DNA of 64,000 nucleotides, from positions 992,001 through 1,056,000 of the forward strand of contig NC_092348.1 in NCBI RefSeq assembly GCF_963676685.1, in the 5' to 3' direction. The notes under the pieces were generated by a model. It saw only the letters and a program-made list of their open reading frames with translations. It did not search any database and had not been told where the DNA came from. Below are positions 27,414 to 40,100 of this stretch, piece after piece. Source of the DNA: Mytilus edulis. Lineage: Eukaryota. The position numbers and the translations under genes are program-made. Positions within the stretch are counted from its first letter, which is position 1, and the number at the start of each line of letters is the position of its first letter.

Positions 27414-27950
27414 GGATTACCTTAGCTGTATTTGGCAAAACTTTTAGGAATTTTGGTCCTCAATTCTCTTCAACTTCGTACTTTTTTTGGCATTTTTAAC
27501 TTTTTGGGATTCGAACGTCACTGATGAGTCTTCTGTAGACGAAACGCGCGTCTGGCGTATATTCTAAATTTAGTCCTGGTATCTATGATGAGTTTATTTA
27601 CCACAACTGGGTGGATGCCACTGCTGGTGGAGATTTATTTCCCGAGGGTATCACAAGCCCAGTAGTCAGCAGTTTTTGTGTGGACATGAATGTCATTGAT
27701 ATGGTTATATTTATAAATTTAATTACTGTTTACAAATTTTAGAATTTTTTGAAATACTAAGGCTTTTCTACCTCAGGAATAGATTACCTTAGCTGGATTT
27801 GGCAAAACTTTTAGGAATTTTGGTCCTCAATGCTCTTCAACTTCGTACTTTATTTGGCCTTTTTAACTTTTTTGGATTCGAGCATCACTGATGACTCTTT
27901 TGTAGACGAAACACGCGTTTGGCGTATGTACAAAATTTAGTCCTGGTATA
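27414..27950 (+). mobile_element. Non-LTR retrozyme-like tandem (367-bp period, ~1.5 units) carrying hammerhead ribozymes
   Basis: GATTACCTTAGCTG...CTGATGA...GAAAC...TGGCGTA repeated with a 367-bp offset; further partial copies at ~21430-21740, 32030-32228, 44460-44670 (-) and 45715-45960. Confidence 0.8.
27516..27557 (+). ncRNA. Type I hammerhead ribozyme (intact core)
   Basis: CGTCA-CTGATGA-GTC-ttctgta-GAC-GAAA-C-gcgc-G-TC^TGGCG: stem I CGTCA/TGGCG, stem II GTC/GAC, short stem III with palindromic loop, GUC cleavage triplet (cut after 27552). Confidence 0.9.
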
Positions 27951-28403
27951 GCATAGAAATAAGGAAATGTAGTATGAACTATCCACCAAAGTTCAAATCA
28001 AGTGTCCAATTCTGCCTGAAACTCTTTGTTCTGTTCTGGACACATTAAAAGAGGGGTGACAGATACCGGAGGGACAGTCCAACTCATAGATCGAGCATAT
28101 ACAGATAGGGACCAAACCTTTATTTTAAAATTTTACAAACTTCATGCAGTTATAGGAATCCATGTATCTTGGTATACCCCTTAGGGTGTAAAGTTACAAG
28201 ACAGTTTTTATTTTCATAATTGTACTGACCACATCTGAGAACAAATGCATATGGCCTACTATCTGTAAGGTATGCAGGTGCTAAGCTTTGGAAGTAATTG
28301 TGTAAGCAATCATCTTTAAGTCAATTCAAGAATTTGATGAATTCTTGGTCTGGCAACTCATGCCAATGTTTCGGCTGCAAAACCAGTTAATTCTGTTAAT
28401 TTG

Positions 28404-29542
28404 TTTTTGTTGAGCCTCTGACTTTTGTTGCAGAAAACTCGATATAGGGATAGTGATCCGGTGGCGGTGTTAGCTAATTTCTTAGAAAGCTTTATATTTT
28501 AGGAGGTCTAAAACCTGGATGCTTCATACTTTGTATATAAATGCCTTATGTTACGAAATTTCTGTCTGTCACATGTCCATTGTCCTTGACCTCATTTTCA
28601 TGGTTCCGTGACTACTTTAAAAAAGTTTTGTTTTTTAGTAATGTTTATTTCTCTCCTATTGTATGTAATATTATACTGGTAACTATATTTGGTATGTGCG
28701 TAGTGTGCAATGTCCTCACGCCCGTCAGATAGTTTTCACTTGACCTCAACCTCATTTCATGGATCAGAGAACAAGGTTAAATTTTGGTGGTCAAGTCCAT
28801 ATCTCAGATACTATAAGCAATAGGTCTTGTATATTCGGTGTATGGAAGGACTATAAAGTGTACATGTCCAACTGGCAGGTGTCATCTGACCTTGATCTCA
28901 TTTTCCTGGTTCGGTGGTTAAAATTAAGTTTTTGTGTTTTGGTCTGTTTTTCTTATATTATATGCATGAGGTCTACTCTATTTGGTGTATGGAATGATTG
29001 TAAGGTGTACATGTCTAGCTGGCTGGTGTCATCTGACTTTAACCTCATTTTCATGGTTAGGTGTACTATATTTGGTGTAAGGAAGTATTTTATGATGTAC
29101 ATGTCAGTCTCGCAGGTTTTATTTGACCTTGACCTCAATTTTACGGTTCATTGCTCTATGTTTAGTTTTTGTGTTTTGGTTTGTTTTTCTTAAGCTATAA
29201 GCAATAGGTCAACTATATGTGTTGTGTGAAAGGATTTAAGCTCTACATGTCAGCCTGGCATGGTTCATCTAATCTTGACCTCATCTTCATAGTTCATTGG
29301 TCAATGTTTAGTTTCCTTGATTAAGACTGTTTCTACTGATCTATAAGCAATAGGTCAATTATATTTAGTGTATTGATTACATGTACTTGTATTTCTTGTT
29401 TTGTTTATATGACCTTGACTTCATTTTCTTGGATCTTGTTAAGTTTATGTGATAGTTGCAGTAAAGCTTTATATTAAGGACTATCAACATAAAATAAATG
29501 ATTAATAAGGAAGGCGAGACATTGCAGCGTGTGCACTCTTGT
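28404..29542 (+). mobile_element. Helentron-associated (HINE-like) non-autonomous element with internal degenerate tandem units
   Basis: Repeated TGACCTTGACCTCATTTTCATGGTT and CTATAAGCAATAGGTCAACTATATTTGGTGTATGGAA units; 3' end GAAGGCGAGACATTGCAGCGTGTGCACTCTTG; related relic at ~7230-7650. Confidence 0.55.
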
Positions 29543-29679
29543 GGTTTAATGCTTCATTTACAGCATGGCAAATTGTTTAGTTTTGTTTACTATAGTGCTT
29601 TTCCTTTTTTGTGCTTATTGTATCTACTTAACTAATCTCTTTGTGCATTTCATGTTAGGATGTAGTTGTTGAATGCTAT

Positions 29680-32600
29680 TTAATTAGTTTCATCTAGCAG
29701 CATTAAGAGAGGCACAATTATTGTTGGGAAACAATATACATTGACGCCATTTCTCTGACCAAATATTTTTATAGCTCTTTTCAATATTCTGGATGTCCAA
29801 ACTCTTTTGTCCGTATCATTCTGTGGCATCTGCGTCCCGTTTTGTGATGCAAACTTGCAAATACGGTTATCTATCAAAGAATACGATAATATTGGATCAA
29901 GCTCGTAGAATAGAGCGTTTTTTTTAACATGTATGATGTTATTAATTCTGGTTCTATTCCATCTGTTTTGGGTACACGACTAAGTAAACTTTTTGCCAAG
30001 GTATACCCGTCTTTCAGTTTGGAAAGTATGTTCCGTAATATCAATTTTTCTATACAGAAAAATGATAGCCGTGCATTTTTCTGTCTTACGATAATTTCCC
30101 ACTTGAGGACTTCTGAACTTTGTACAAAATGTTCAAATTTTGGGGGTATGAGATCCTTCAATCCATTCGGTAAATCGTCCAAGACGATTTTGGGGACTAA
30201 ATCGATAATGATGTCCAGGTCGGGGTCGGTCGGGGTGCCGATGTATGCCAAATGTAAAGGTGCAACCAAGTTTTTAGGAGGCGAGGTTTCTTTGTTATAA
30301 CAGGTTCTCCAGTAAAACAGGAGTTCTTCCAAAAATGAGCTGTGTTGAAATATGTTATAAACGGTAGCATTGAATGAGTTCATAAGCGCTTCATTTAAAG
30401 TTTGGTCATGTTCTTGCAATTCTTTTACCTCTTTCCCAAATTCCCTTTCTTGTGTTTCAAGACATAATTGAACTTTGTCTTGTACAGTGAAACAGTCAGC
30501 TCTGATGGACTGACTTATAGTCGTCAACTTGAACAGATAATCAAACTCATACTGTGGATTGATTTTTGTGCCCTCAACCGTGCTTCCAGCTAATTCAATA
30601 ATAGAAGTAAGTAGAGGATTATGTTGCTCTAATTGATTCTTGAGCCTTTCAACAAATTGTTGAACCTTTTGCATAATTTTCTTAACAAATTTGTTCTGTG
30701 TGTTCACTGGTTCTCTAAAAATTTTTGAATTTTTTTTTTAAACTTTAAGTAGGCCGTACAGATTTTTAACAATAATTCTAATTTCAGTTTGTCTTTCTTT
30801 GGTATTTCTCTACCATTTAAGATAAAAATGGACGGATCAAGTATATATCTCAGATTTGACAAGTTTTCAGTTTCGGGCCAGATATTCCAGGCTGGTTGAG
30901 TCATAGCATAATTTAAACATTCCCTACCGAAATTATCTTTCTGGATTTAGCTAATATATGTTTAACTACATCTGTATACCTCAACCAACAAGAAAAGTGT
31001 AGAATAGTCATGCCGTTGATATCTTTTGTGTTTATATCAATTTTGTGCTTCTCCACTATTTTCAACGCGTCATTATCAAACATAGAATTTTGCTTAATAG
31101 AGGCTACAGGATGAATTATCAGTCCGTGGATGAAAGGAAACGGCTAGTTTGAATAGATGATTCGATCATCCCAGCATATTTTGTTAAAAATTTATCTAAC
31201 TCGACTGTGTTTAAGTTGATTATGATAAAACGAAGAGCTGTACGACTAGTATTTCTACAATGTCAAGAATACTAGGTTGGCCTTTAATATCGCGTATTAG
31301 GTGTAGAGGGGAACCATAAAAGAACCGATCCAAACAATCGCCATAAGCACCCCGCTCAAGGAACAAATTTAAGAGTGGCACGTTAGATGTGGTGACAGCC
31401 CAATGTAGTGGACAATATATCGTAGCATTGCTATTGACCTTGTAATCTTTGATCAGCTCTTCCGCTAGATCCATAACGTCAATCTCCGATGCTTTTTTTT
31501 TTAGAGATACTTGGTTCAATTCTACAGAGTTCACATAGCAAATGTAGCCTTAACTTTATGACACTTTTCTCGGTACGTTCTTTCGTGTGTAATAACCAAT
31601 GTTTAACTTTTTTTTATTTGACATACATGTGTCTCAGCGGTTGGAACCTGTGCGTGTGTATATAAAAAAAAACATGGAGCTTGTAACTGTTGTTCAAATG
31701 ATTCCAAAATGGAATTCTCGCCTGCGAGTGTTTTTTCGTCAGCATATATATTTCAATAGAAGCTCCCATATTTCAAGTTGTACATCCTTGTCACTAGCCA
31801 GACCTATGCTTGATTTGCCATTTAACTTGGCGTCGATGAAAGTTTTTAGGTATGCGTTGTCGACCAACTGTTCAACCATTCTAATGTTATTTTCACGGAC
31901 GGCTTTTGGATCTTCTTTGTAAGCGATTTTTTATCATCAGCCATCCTCCATTATTTAGGATTTGTTTCTGATAAATTATATATTCAAATCAACATTGAAA
32001 AAACATAAAACATCTATATCATTCTTAAGGATTTTCTTATCCCAGACATGGACTACCTTAGCCGTATTTGGCACAACTTTTTGGAATTTTGAATCCTCAA
32101 TGCTCTTCAACTTTGTACTTGTGTGGTTTTATGAATATGTTGATATGAGCGTCACTGATGAGTCTTGTGTAGACGAAACGCGCGTCTGGCGTACTAAATT
32201 ATAATCCTTGTACCTTTGATAACTATTAGGAAAAGAGGATAAAGAGTAAGAACGTTTCGAATCTCAAGTCAATATATTCTGTTTGAAAAACTTCTCTGAT
32301 AACTCCTGGCGGATGAGAATATGTTGTTGCTATAATATCATGCCTTTTACAATAGAGGAGGCATTCAAGAAAATTGAGAATGAAAATGAAGAATGTGTCA
32401 AAGAGACAATAACCGGACCAAAGAGCAGGTAAAAAAACGTAGGCAACAAATGGTTATTAACACAGCGAGAAAATCTCGCGCCCAGACGTCGGTTTCAGCT
32501 GGCCATTTTTCCTTACACGACAAAACCAAAACTAAATTCAATTTCACTCATACAACCAGGAACATATATACTGTTCCCTGATAAACATGTGTATAGTCGG

Positions 32601-32786
32601 TAATATTATGATAGTTTGATTAATTAATTATTGGTTGCTTAACGTCTAGTGGCAAATATTTCATTCAGTCAGGTCGAAATATGTTAGTTTGCACTTTGAA
32701 TCTTAAAAGAAAGGAATATAATAGGTTACCTGAAATATTTTGCAAACCAATCTGAAAAAAGTATGCATACCCACGTTAGCTTCCAT
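29680..32786 (-). pseudogene. Ankyrin-repeat + cGAS-like (Mab-21) nucleotidyltransferase pseudogene (copy A); exon 1 32786-32771, exon 2 31967-~29680
   Basis: Paralog of 37166-41559 with the same MEANV micro-exon; ANK fragments (CPLHWAV, GSPLHLI) and NTase GSTVEGTKINPQYEFDY...IIIDLVP...RLSF...ITSYMLKK; early in-frame TAA, several frameshifts and internal deletions. Confidence 0.88.
32150..32191 (+). ncRNA. Type I hammerhead ribozyme (intact core), in a retrozyme fragment within intron 1 of cGLR copy A
   Basis: CGTCA-CTGATGA-GTC-ttgtgta-GAC-GAAA-CGCGCG-TC^TGGCG. Confidence 0.88.
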
Positions 32787-33439
32787 TTTCTTTCACTGTA
32801 TTGCATTGGAGTGTTGAGTGATGACTGGTATGAACATATGTGGGTCATTATAAAAAAAAACCATGCAAAACTATGTTATTTGGTATGTTTAAGTCAAAAG
32901 ACATGAAAATATATCAAAATATATCAAAACAAGACTTTTAAATGTTAGATATGAATGCTTTGTGATACAATATATACAATTTACAGTATGAAATGAAATA
33001 GATACAGTTTAGATTTTGTCGACATATATCAATTAAAACACATATAAATACACATAACGCACACAAACATGGTAGTTTTTTAATAGTATGAAGTCTTCTG
33101 TTATTTAAAGTTAAATGAGTTCATTGATGCACAATTCAATGCAGTAACTTATTAATGATTTGTCGCTTTATTAACAATATTGTTCGTATAGGAAAACGGC
33201 CAGTCTATAATGATAACTCCTACAAAGTAATATTTTGGAAGAGGGTTTAGACTGTTTATTCAAATATCGAGATTCACGACGCCAATCGGGGGGTCCTTCA
33301 TTGCTGTAATCTTTGTTTTTTTTTATCCAAATATACCGGTATACCTATTCTTTATTTTATCGGCCAATTATTCTTTACATTCATATTTTAGCATCCTTTT
33401 ATTTTCTAACCTTTAATTTTTGTGTCCATTTTTCTCATT

Positions 33440-34197
33440 TTTGGTCACCTGGCCCGAAGGTCGAGGTGAGCTTTTCTCATCACTAGGCGTCCGTCGTCCG
33501 TCGTCCGTCGTCGTCGTCGTTAACATTTTATATTTTAGAGAACAACTGAATGGAATTAAACCAAACATGGCATGAATGTGCCTAATGAGATGATGACCAA
33601 GTGTTGTTACTTTGTAGCCGATCCATCATCTAAGATAGCTGCCAGTGGGGAACTTAGTTTAACATAGGACCCTATGGTAAATGCATACAAATGACTTCTT
33701 TTAGAGAACCACTGAATGGAACGAAACCAAACATGGCATGAATGTGCCTAATGAGATGCTGACCAAGTGTTGTTACTTTGTAGCCGATCCATCATTTAAG
33801 ATAGCTGCCTGTGGGGAACTTAGTTTAACATAGGACTCTATGGGAAATGCATACACATGATTTCTTTTAGAGAACTGTTGAATGGAATGAATCCAAACAC
33901 GGCATGAATGTTCCTTATGAGGTGATGACCAAGTGTTGTTACTTTGTAGCCGATCCATCATTCAAGCTGGCCGCCAGCGGGGGTTTAGTTTAACATAGGA
34001 ACCTTGGGGAAATGCATACAAAAGTCTACTTTTAAAGAACCACTGAATGGAATGGAACCAAACATAGCATGAATGTTCCTTATGAGGTGCTGACCAAGTG
34101 TTGTAACTTTGTAGCCAAATTTTATCTTTTTGTAGATGATTTCAAAAACCTAAGTAGAGTCAGGTGTGTGATACAGGCTCTTGAGAGCCTCTACTTT
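33440..34197 (+). mobile_element. HINE-like non-autonomous element with (CGTC/GTC)n microsatellite and 166-bp internal tandem repeat (~3.5 copies)
   Basis: 5' TTGGTCACCTG, microsatellite at 33488-33520, CCAAACA at 33561/33727/33893/34058, 3' CAGGTG followed by hairpin GGCTCTTGAGAGCC. Confidence 0.7.
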
Positions 34198-34626
34198 TTA
34201 TGACTATCTTAGCACTTTATTCTACATTTCTTTATCCAATATTATCTTTTATGTAAATCTATAAATGGACGAATAAGAAGAATGTAAGAAAATGGAAGGA
34301 CGACGGTGAATAAAAGTGATGATTTCAACATCCAATTTGAGAACTTTCCATTTCTATGTAGCAACATTCTAGCAGCACCTCAATATGGAGTATATATCTA
34401 GTGCTGCATTTTAGATTGTGTATTTCCTATCATAATTTCTTGACAAGGGAGTTGTTGGAACCAATATCTCAAATTCGTGAAGTTGAAATAATCTATTTGA
34501 AAATAGTTGAGTGTTTCACAGAGGACGCCGGATATGTTCCAATTGTTGCAACCAAATCCCGGTCTATTTTCTACGAATGTGGCCTACATAATTATACTTA
34601 TTACTATGTTTTTACAGTAAACCATT

Positions 34627-34732
34627 ACAATCATGCTCTAAATGATTTCAAATATTTAGTTACAATCATGCTCTAAATGATTTCAAATATTTAGTTACAA
34701 TCATGCTCTAAATGATTTCAAATATTTAGGTA
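34627..34732. repeat. 35-bp tandem repeat x3
   Basis: TACAATCATGCTCTAAATGATTTCAAATATTTAG(T) x3. Confidence 0.9.
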
Positions 34733-34999
34733 CAAGGTATTTATGTATTCAGAGGCAATGAAAAATGCGACTTGTACTCTTTCGATATTGCCGTAAGTAT
34801 TTGTCAGCCAATTATTGCTAGACAAAAAAAAACATTATAACGTCATAGAAAAAATATGAATTATAACATAATTTTTATGAACATATACAAACATAGTTAT
34901 CGCATATATATGAAAAAAGATATCATAACGGTTTTACATTTGTTTGTCCTTCTTTAAGAATCTTAAAATATCGCGGAATAAAAATGTCTATTCTTTGAA

Positions 35000-35128
35000 T
35001 CTTTGAGTTAGAGGTACGATTTTTTGAGTCAGAAGTACGATTCTTTGAGTCTGAGGTACGATTCTTTGAGTTAGAAGAACGATTCTTTGAGTTAGAGGTA
35101 CGATTTTTTAAGTAAGAGGCTCGATTCT
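35000..35128. repeat. ~21-bp minisatellite, ~6 copies
   Basis: TTCTTTGAGTTAGAGGTACGA variants. Confidence 0.85.
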
Positions 35129-35670
35129 ATATACATTGAACGACAGATATATGTGACGTATAAAATTTTCTGACGTCTGACACGCGAATCAATGTTTGTA
35201 GATAGATGATTTGTGTTCTGTTCAATTGTTCCTTTTAAAATTGTTACACGATGATGGCTGCTGTACCCATAGTTTGACTATTTATTATGTCTGTTTAGTT
35301 CACACATCATTGTAAATATAACAGAATTTGATGAGACTGTCATCAAAGTGAGAGGGTTACCGCTATAAAACTAGGTCTAATCCACCATTTTTTTACATTT
35401 GAAAATGCCTGTAATAAGTCAGGAATATGACAGTTCTTGTCCATTCGTTTTTGATGTGTTTTGTTATTTTATTTAGCCATGTAATTATGGACTTTCTGAA
35501 TTGATTTTCCTCTACGTTCAGTATTTTTGTTATTTTACTTTTCATTGTGGTAAAGGCACGACTCTTCGAGGTAACGGTCGCATTCTTCGAGGTAGGAACT
35601 ATCATCAATCTTCGGGACATTGCTACTGAAAAGAACCAACTATTTTGTTGCACGTAAGAATGCCTAAGGT

Positions 35671-36330
35671 TTATTTAGTATCGGGTGTGAACAGAATGCT
35701 CGCCAGTTCGTTCTATGGTCGAAACTGAAATCAGTCAACGCATATGATATAATCATAGGCGACAAAAAAGCATGTGTACCTCATGGAATTGTGTTTGCAT
35801 TGTTGATGATAATACAAAGTCAACAGCTCATACATTCGATCACGTGTTCAAATACATTGTAATGAAATCCAGCCTCAGCAAACTTCTGAAAATCTTCATC
35901 GTCATCATCTTCAGTGAACAGATCTGAATTATCAAACTTCTTATGGGGTACTCGATACGGCGGGAATCTCTCTGGAGCTAATGTTTGTTGCACATAGAGT
36001 TATAGCGGCATGTAGCTTGCAAGATATAACATTGGTTCAAGGTCGACAGCTGATAAAGGAATATGCCATCCACATTGAAAGCACTGCATGTCAGGTTCAG
36101 CTATGCATACACATCCTGCCAGAGCAATCGTCTCTCTTCTACTCTGATCCTCTATGTTCTTAAGTACCCTCCTCTTCAAATTCTGGTAGAAATGGAACTT
36201 GCATTTTACTTGCTGCTTTATTTAACAGTGCATAAACGACACTACCAAACATATCATTGATGTAGTAGGTATGTGACGGCTTGTATTCTCCACTCACTGA
36301 ACAAGAAACAGACCACACATTACTTTTAGG
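35671..36330 (-). pseudogene. Truncated TIR-BIR gene pseudogene (copy A; only the BIR-containing 3' half remains)
   Basis: High nucleotide identity to 47265-48020 (e.g. GTATCGGGTGTGAACAGAATGCTC, CAGCTCATACATTCGATCACGTGTTCAAA, CATTGATGTAGTAGG) with several deletions; TIR-coding part absent. Confidence 0.9.
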
Positions 36331-37165
36331 TCTTTAAGTATTGTTTTATTGGTATTAATACAGATTTTGTTATCAATAAATGAAATATTATTGTCAAATA
36401 CATTTGCACATTCATGGGTCTACAATATGTCGATACCTGTATCTTAGCATTGTACAAAATCATGTGTTTCTCTGACAGTTTATGACATATTTACACTAAA
36501 TCCATTGGGTGTGTGATATATAAAGGCAACAGCAGTATACCGCTGTTCAAAATTCATAGATCGATAGAGAAAAAACAAATCTGGGTTACAAACTAAAATA
36601 TATATGTATACTCATTAATAATTTATTTTTATCATGCATAAAATTGAGAATGGAAATGGGGAATGTGCCAAAGAGACAACAACCCGACCATAGAAAAAAA
36701 AAAAACAACAGCAGAAGGTCACCAACAGGTCTTCAATGTAGCGAGAAATTCCCGCGTCCTTCAACTGACCCCTAAACAAATATATACTAGTTTTAATGAA
36801 GCATTTGACCTCTCACCTATGCCAACTCGAAAATGTAACTTGACAGGAACATTTCAAACATTGAAAATTGACTGACGCACATTCTGATACAAAGTGATGT
36901 ATTGGAAACAAACATTACTGATTGTTATTTGGATGGAGAGTTGTTTCATTGGCACTCACATCACATCTTCCTATATCTAATTACTAATGTTTAAACTAAA
37001 ATACAATTACAACTTTGCGAAAATTGTTTTCTTTTCCTGCTATATTTTCTTTGCGAATCAAACATTAGAAATCAATTTTCAGCAATCAATTTCTGGTGTA
37101 CGAGGGTAGTCGATGTAAACGAAATGTATACGTCTCATTTTTTTTTAATTTTGAGTATAAACATG

Positions 37166-40100
37166 TTACGGCAAACAGTCCTTGAAGGCTCTTTTATTAG
37201 TTTCATCTACCTGTTCGTTTAGAAGCTTTAAACACTGGTTCAGGACTCTGACATACTGGTTACATCCGAAGTCATCATTACCTGCCATGAAAATGAGAGG
37301 CACACTCATTGCTGGAAAACAATATATATTGACACTATCTTCCTGATCAAATATTTTTATTAGTCGTTTCAATATTTTGGACGTCCAGTTTCTTTTATCT
37401 GTATCCTGCTGCGCCATCTGTATCCCATGTTGTGTTGAAAACTTACAAATGCGGTTATCTATCAAAGAATACGATAAGATTGGATCAAGCTCTAGGAATA
37501 GTTCGTTTTTTAAAATGTATGATGTTATGTATTGTAGGAATGGTGACACTCTATTCATTTCGGGTACACAACCGACTAAACATTTTGCCAAGGTATATGC
37601 ATCTTTCAGTTTGGGCTGTAAGTTCCTTAATATCATTTTTTCTATAGAGGAAAATGATAATCGTGCATGGTTCTCTCTTACAATAATGTCCCACTTAAGG
37701 TGTTCTGAATTGTTTACAAAATGGACAATTTTTGGGGGTTGAGATCGTTCATTCCATTTGGTAAATAATCCAAGACGATAACTGGTACCAAATCGATACT
37801 TATGTCCAGGTTTGGGTATGTCTGTGTGCCAATGTATGTCAAACATAAAGGTGCAATTAAGGTTTGAGGAGGTGAGGTTGCTTTGTAATAACAGGTTCTC
37901 CAGTAAAACGGAAGACCTTTCCAAAAGGAGTGCTGTTGTAATATATTGTAAACTGCAGTATTGAAGGATCTAAGAAGGGCTTCATTTAAAGTTTTGTAAT
38001 CTTTTTCCAATATGTGTACCTGTTTCCAAATTTCACTTTTTTGTGACACGAGACATAACTGAACTTGGTCTCCGTAAATAAAACGGTCAGCTTTAACGCA
38101 CTGACTTATATGCGTCAGCTTGAACTGATAATCAAACTCGTCCTGCGGATAAATTTTTGTGCCCTCGCTTGTGCTTCCAGCTAATTCAATTGTAGAAGTA
38201 AATAGTACGTTATCTCTGTCTAAGCAGTCTTTGACCCTTTCAACAAATTGCTGAACTTTTTGCATAATTTCCATAACAAATGTGTTCCGTGTGTCTACTG
38301 GTTCTCTAATTTTTTTAACTTTTTTTTTTTTAGCCTTAATATAAAAGCCGTACAGATTTTTAACAATAAATCTAATTTCAATTTGTCGTTTTTTGGTATT
38401 TCTCTTCCATTTGAGAAAAATATGGACGGATCAAGTATATACCGCAGAGTCGACAAGTTTTCAGTATCGGGCCAGATATTAGGGGCCAGTTCAGTTATAG
38501 CATAGTATAAGCATCCCCTACCGAATTTATCTTTCAAAAGTAAAGGTAGTTTAGATTTGGCTAATATATGTTTAACTACATCTGTATACCTCAACCAACA
38601 AGAAAAGTGTAGAATAGTCATGCCGTTGATATCTTTTGTGTTTATATCAATTTTGTGCTTCTCTACTACTGTTAATTTCTCGATGATATCGTTTTGATCA
38701 TCCCGTCTTACCTTTAACGCATCCTTTTCCAGCATAGAATTTTGCTTAATGGATGCTACAGGATGAACTATCAGTCCATGGATGAAAGGAAATGGCATAG
38801 ACTGACTTGATGATTTAATTTTCTCACTATATTTTTTAAAAAATATATCTAACTCGACTGGATTTAAGTTGATTATGATAGAATGAAGAGCTGTATATCC
38901 CCTTTGATTTCTCTCAATTGTTAACGAAGCCCCACCATCGACTAGTATTTCTACAATTTCCAGAATTCTAGGTTGGCCTTTAATGTCGCATATTAAGTGT
39001 AGAGGGGAACCATTAAAGAACCGAACCAAACAATCGATATTAGCACCATGTTCAAGGAACAAATTTAAGAGTGGCACGTTAGATGTGGTGACAGCCCAAT
39101 GTAGTGGGCAATATATCGTAGCATTGCTATCGAGATTGACCTTGTAATCTTTGATCAGCTCTACCGCTAGATCCTCCACATCATCCGCCGATGCATTTAC
39201 TGTAGAGATACTTGGTATAATTCTACAGAGTTCACACAGAAAATGTAGCCTTAACTTTATGACGCTTTTCTCTGTTCGCTCTTTCGTTAATAGTAACCAA
39301 TGTCTAACTTTCTTTATTTGACATACATGTGTCTCAGAGGTTGGAACGTGTGCGTGCGAATGTAAAAAACATGGAGCTTCTAACAGTTGTTCGAATGACT
39401 CCAAAACCGGGTTCTCGCCTGCGAGTGTTTTCTCGTCAGCATGTTTCAATAACAGCTCCCATATGTCAAGTTGTACATCCTTGTCGCTAGCCAGATCTAT
39501 GCTTGATTTACCATTTAACTTGGCGTCGATGAAAGTTTTTGGGTATGCGTTGTCGACCAACTGTTCAACCATTTTAATGTTATTTTCACGGACGGCTTTC
39601 TGGAGCTTCTTTGTAAGCGATTCTTCATCATAAATCCTCCGCTTTTTGGGGTTTTCTTCTGTAAAAAAATATAGATATTCAAACCAGCATTGAAAAAAAC
39701 ATTTATATCATTCCTTAGAGAAAGAGGGAGAAAAAGTCAAAACGTTTCGAAGCTCAAGTCAATCTGTTCTGTTTGAGAAACTTCTCTGATAACTCCTGGC
39801 GGATGAGATTATTATGTTTGTTGTTGCTATGTCATGCTTTTTACAATAAACGAGGCATTCAGTAAAATTGAAAACAAAACTGAAGAATGTGTCAAAGAGA
39901 CAACAACCCAACCAAAGAGGAGAAAAAACGAAGCCCACCAATGATTCTAAACACAACGAGAAAATATTGCTCCCGGAGGCGTGTTTCAGCTTGTCATTTT
40001 CCAATGGAAACAAACTGTGCCCTTCTACTTCCGACTTGTTTCTTTATTATTATGAGGCTGACTTCAAGAAAAATGATAAGAAGTTAGCAATATCCTTTAA

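Noticed and set aside
26313-27438. Long minus-strand ORFs (347, 150, 144 and 122 aa)
   Set aside because: They are translations of the 73-bp minisatellite in rotating frames, with no protein-family features
28759-29193. 144-aa ORF
   Set aside because: Lies in the internal tandem units of a HINE-like repeat; no domain signal
29929-30300. Plus-strand ORFs at 29929-30300, 31599-31922, 37377-37742, 47974-48228 and 48418-48744
   Set aside because: Antisense shadows of the minus-strand cGLR and TIR-BIR coding sequences
29680-36330. Block A as an uncollapsed haplotype (assembly artefact) of block B
   Set aside because: Protein-level divergence is substantial and each block has private insertions and deletions, which fits an older true tandem duplication better than allelic redundancy; long reads would confirm
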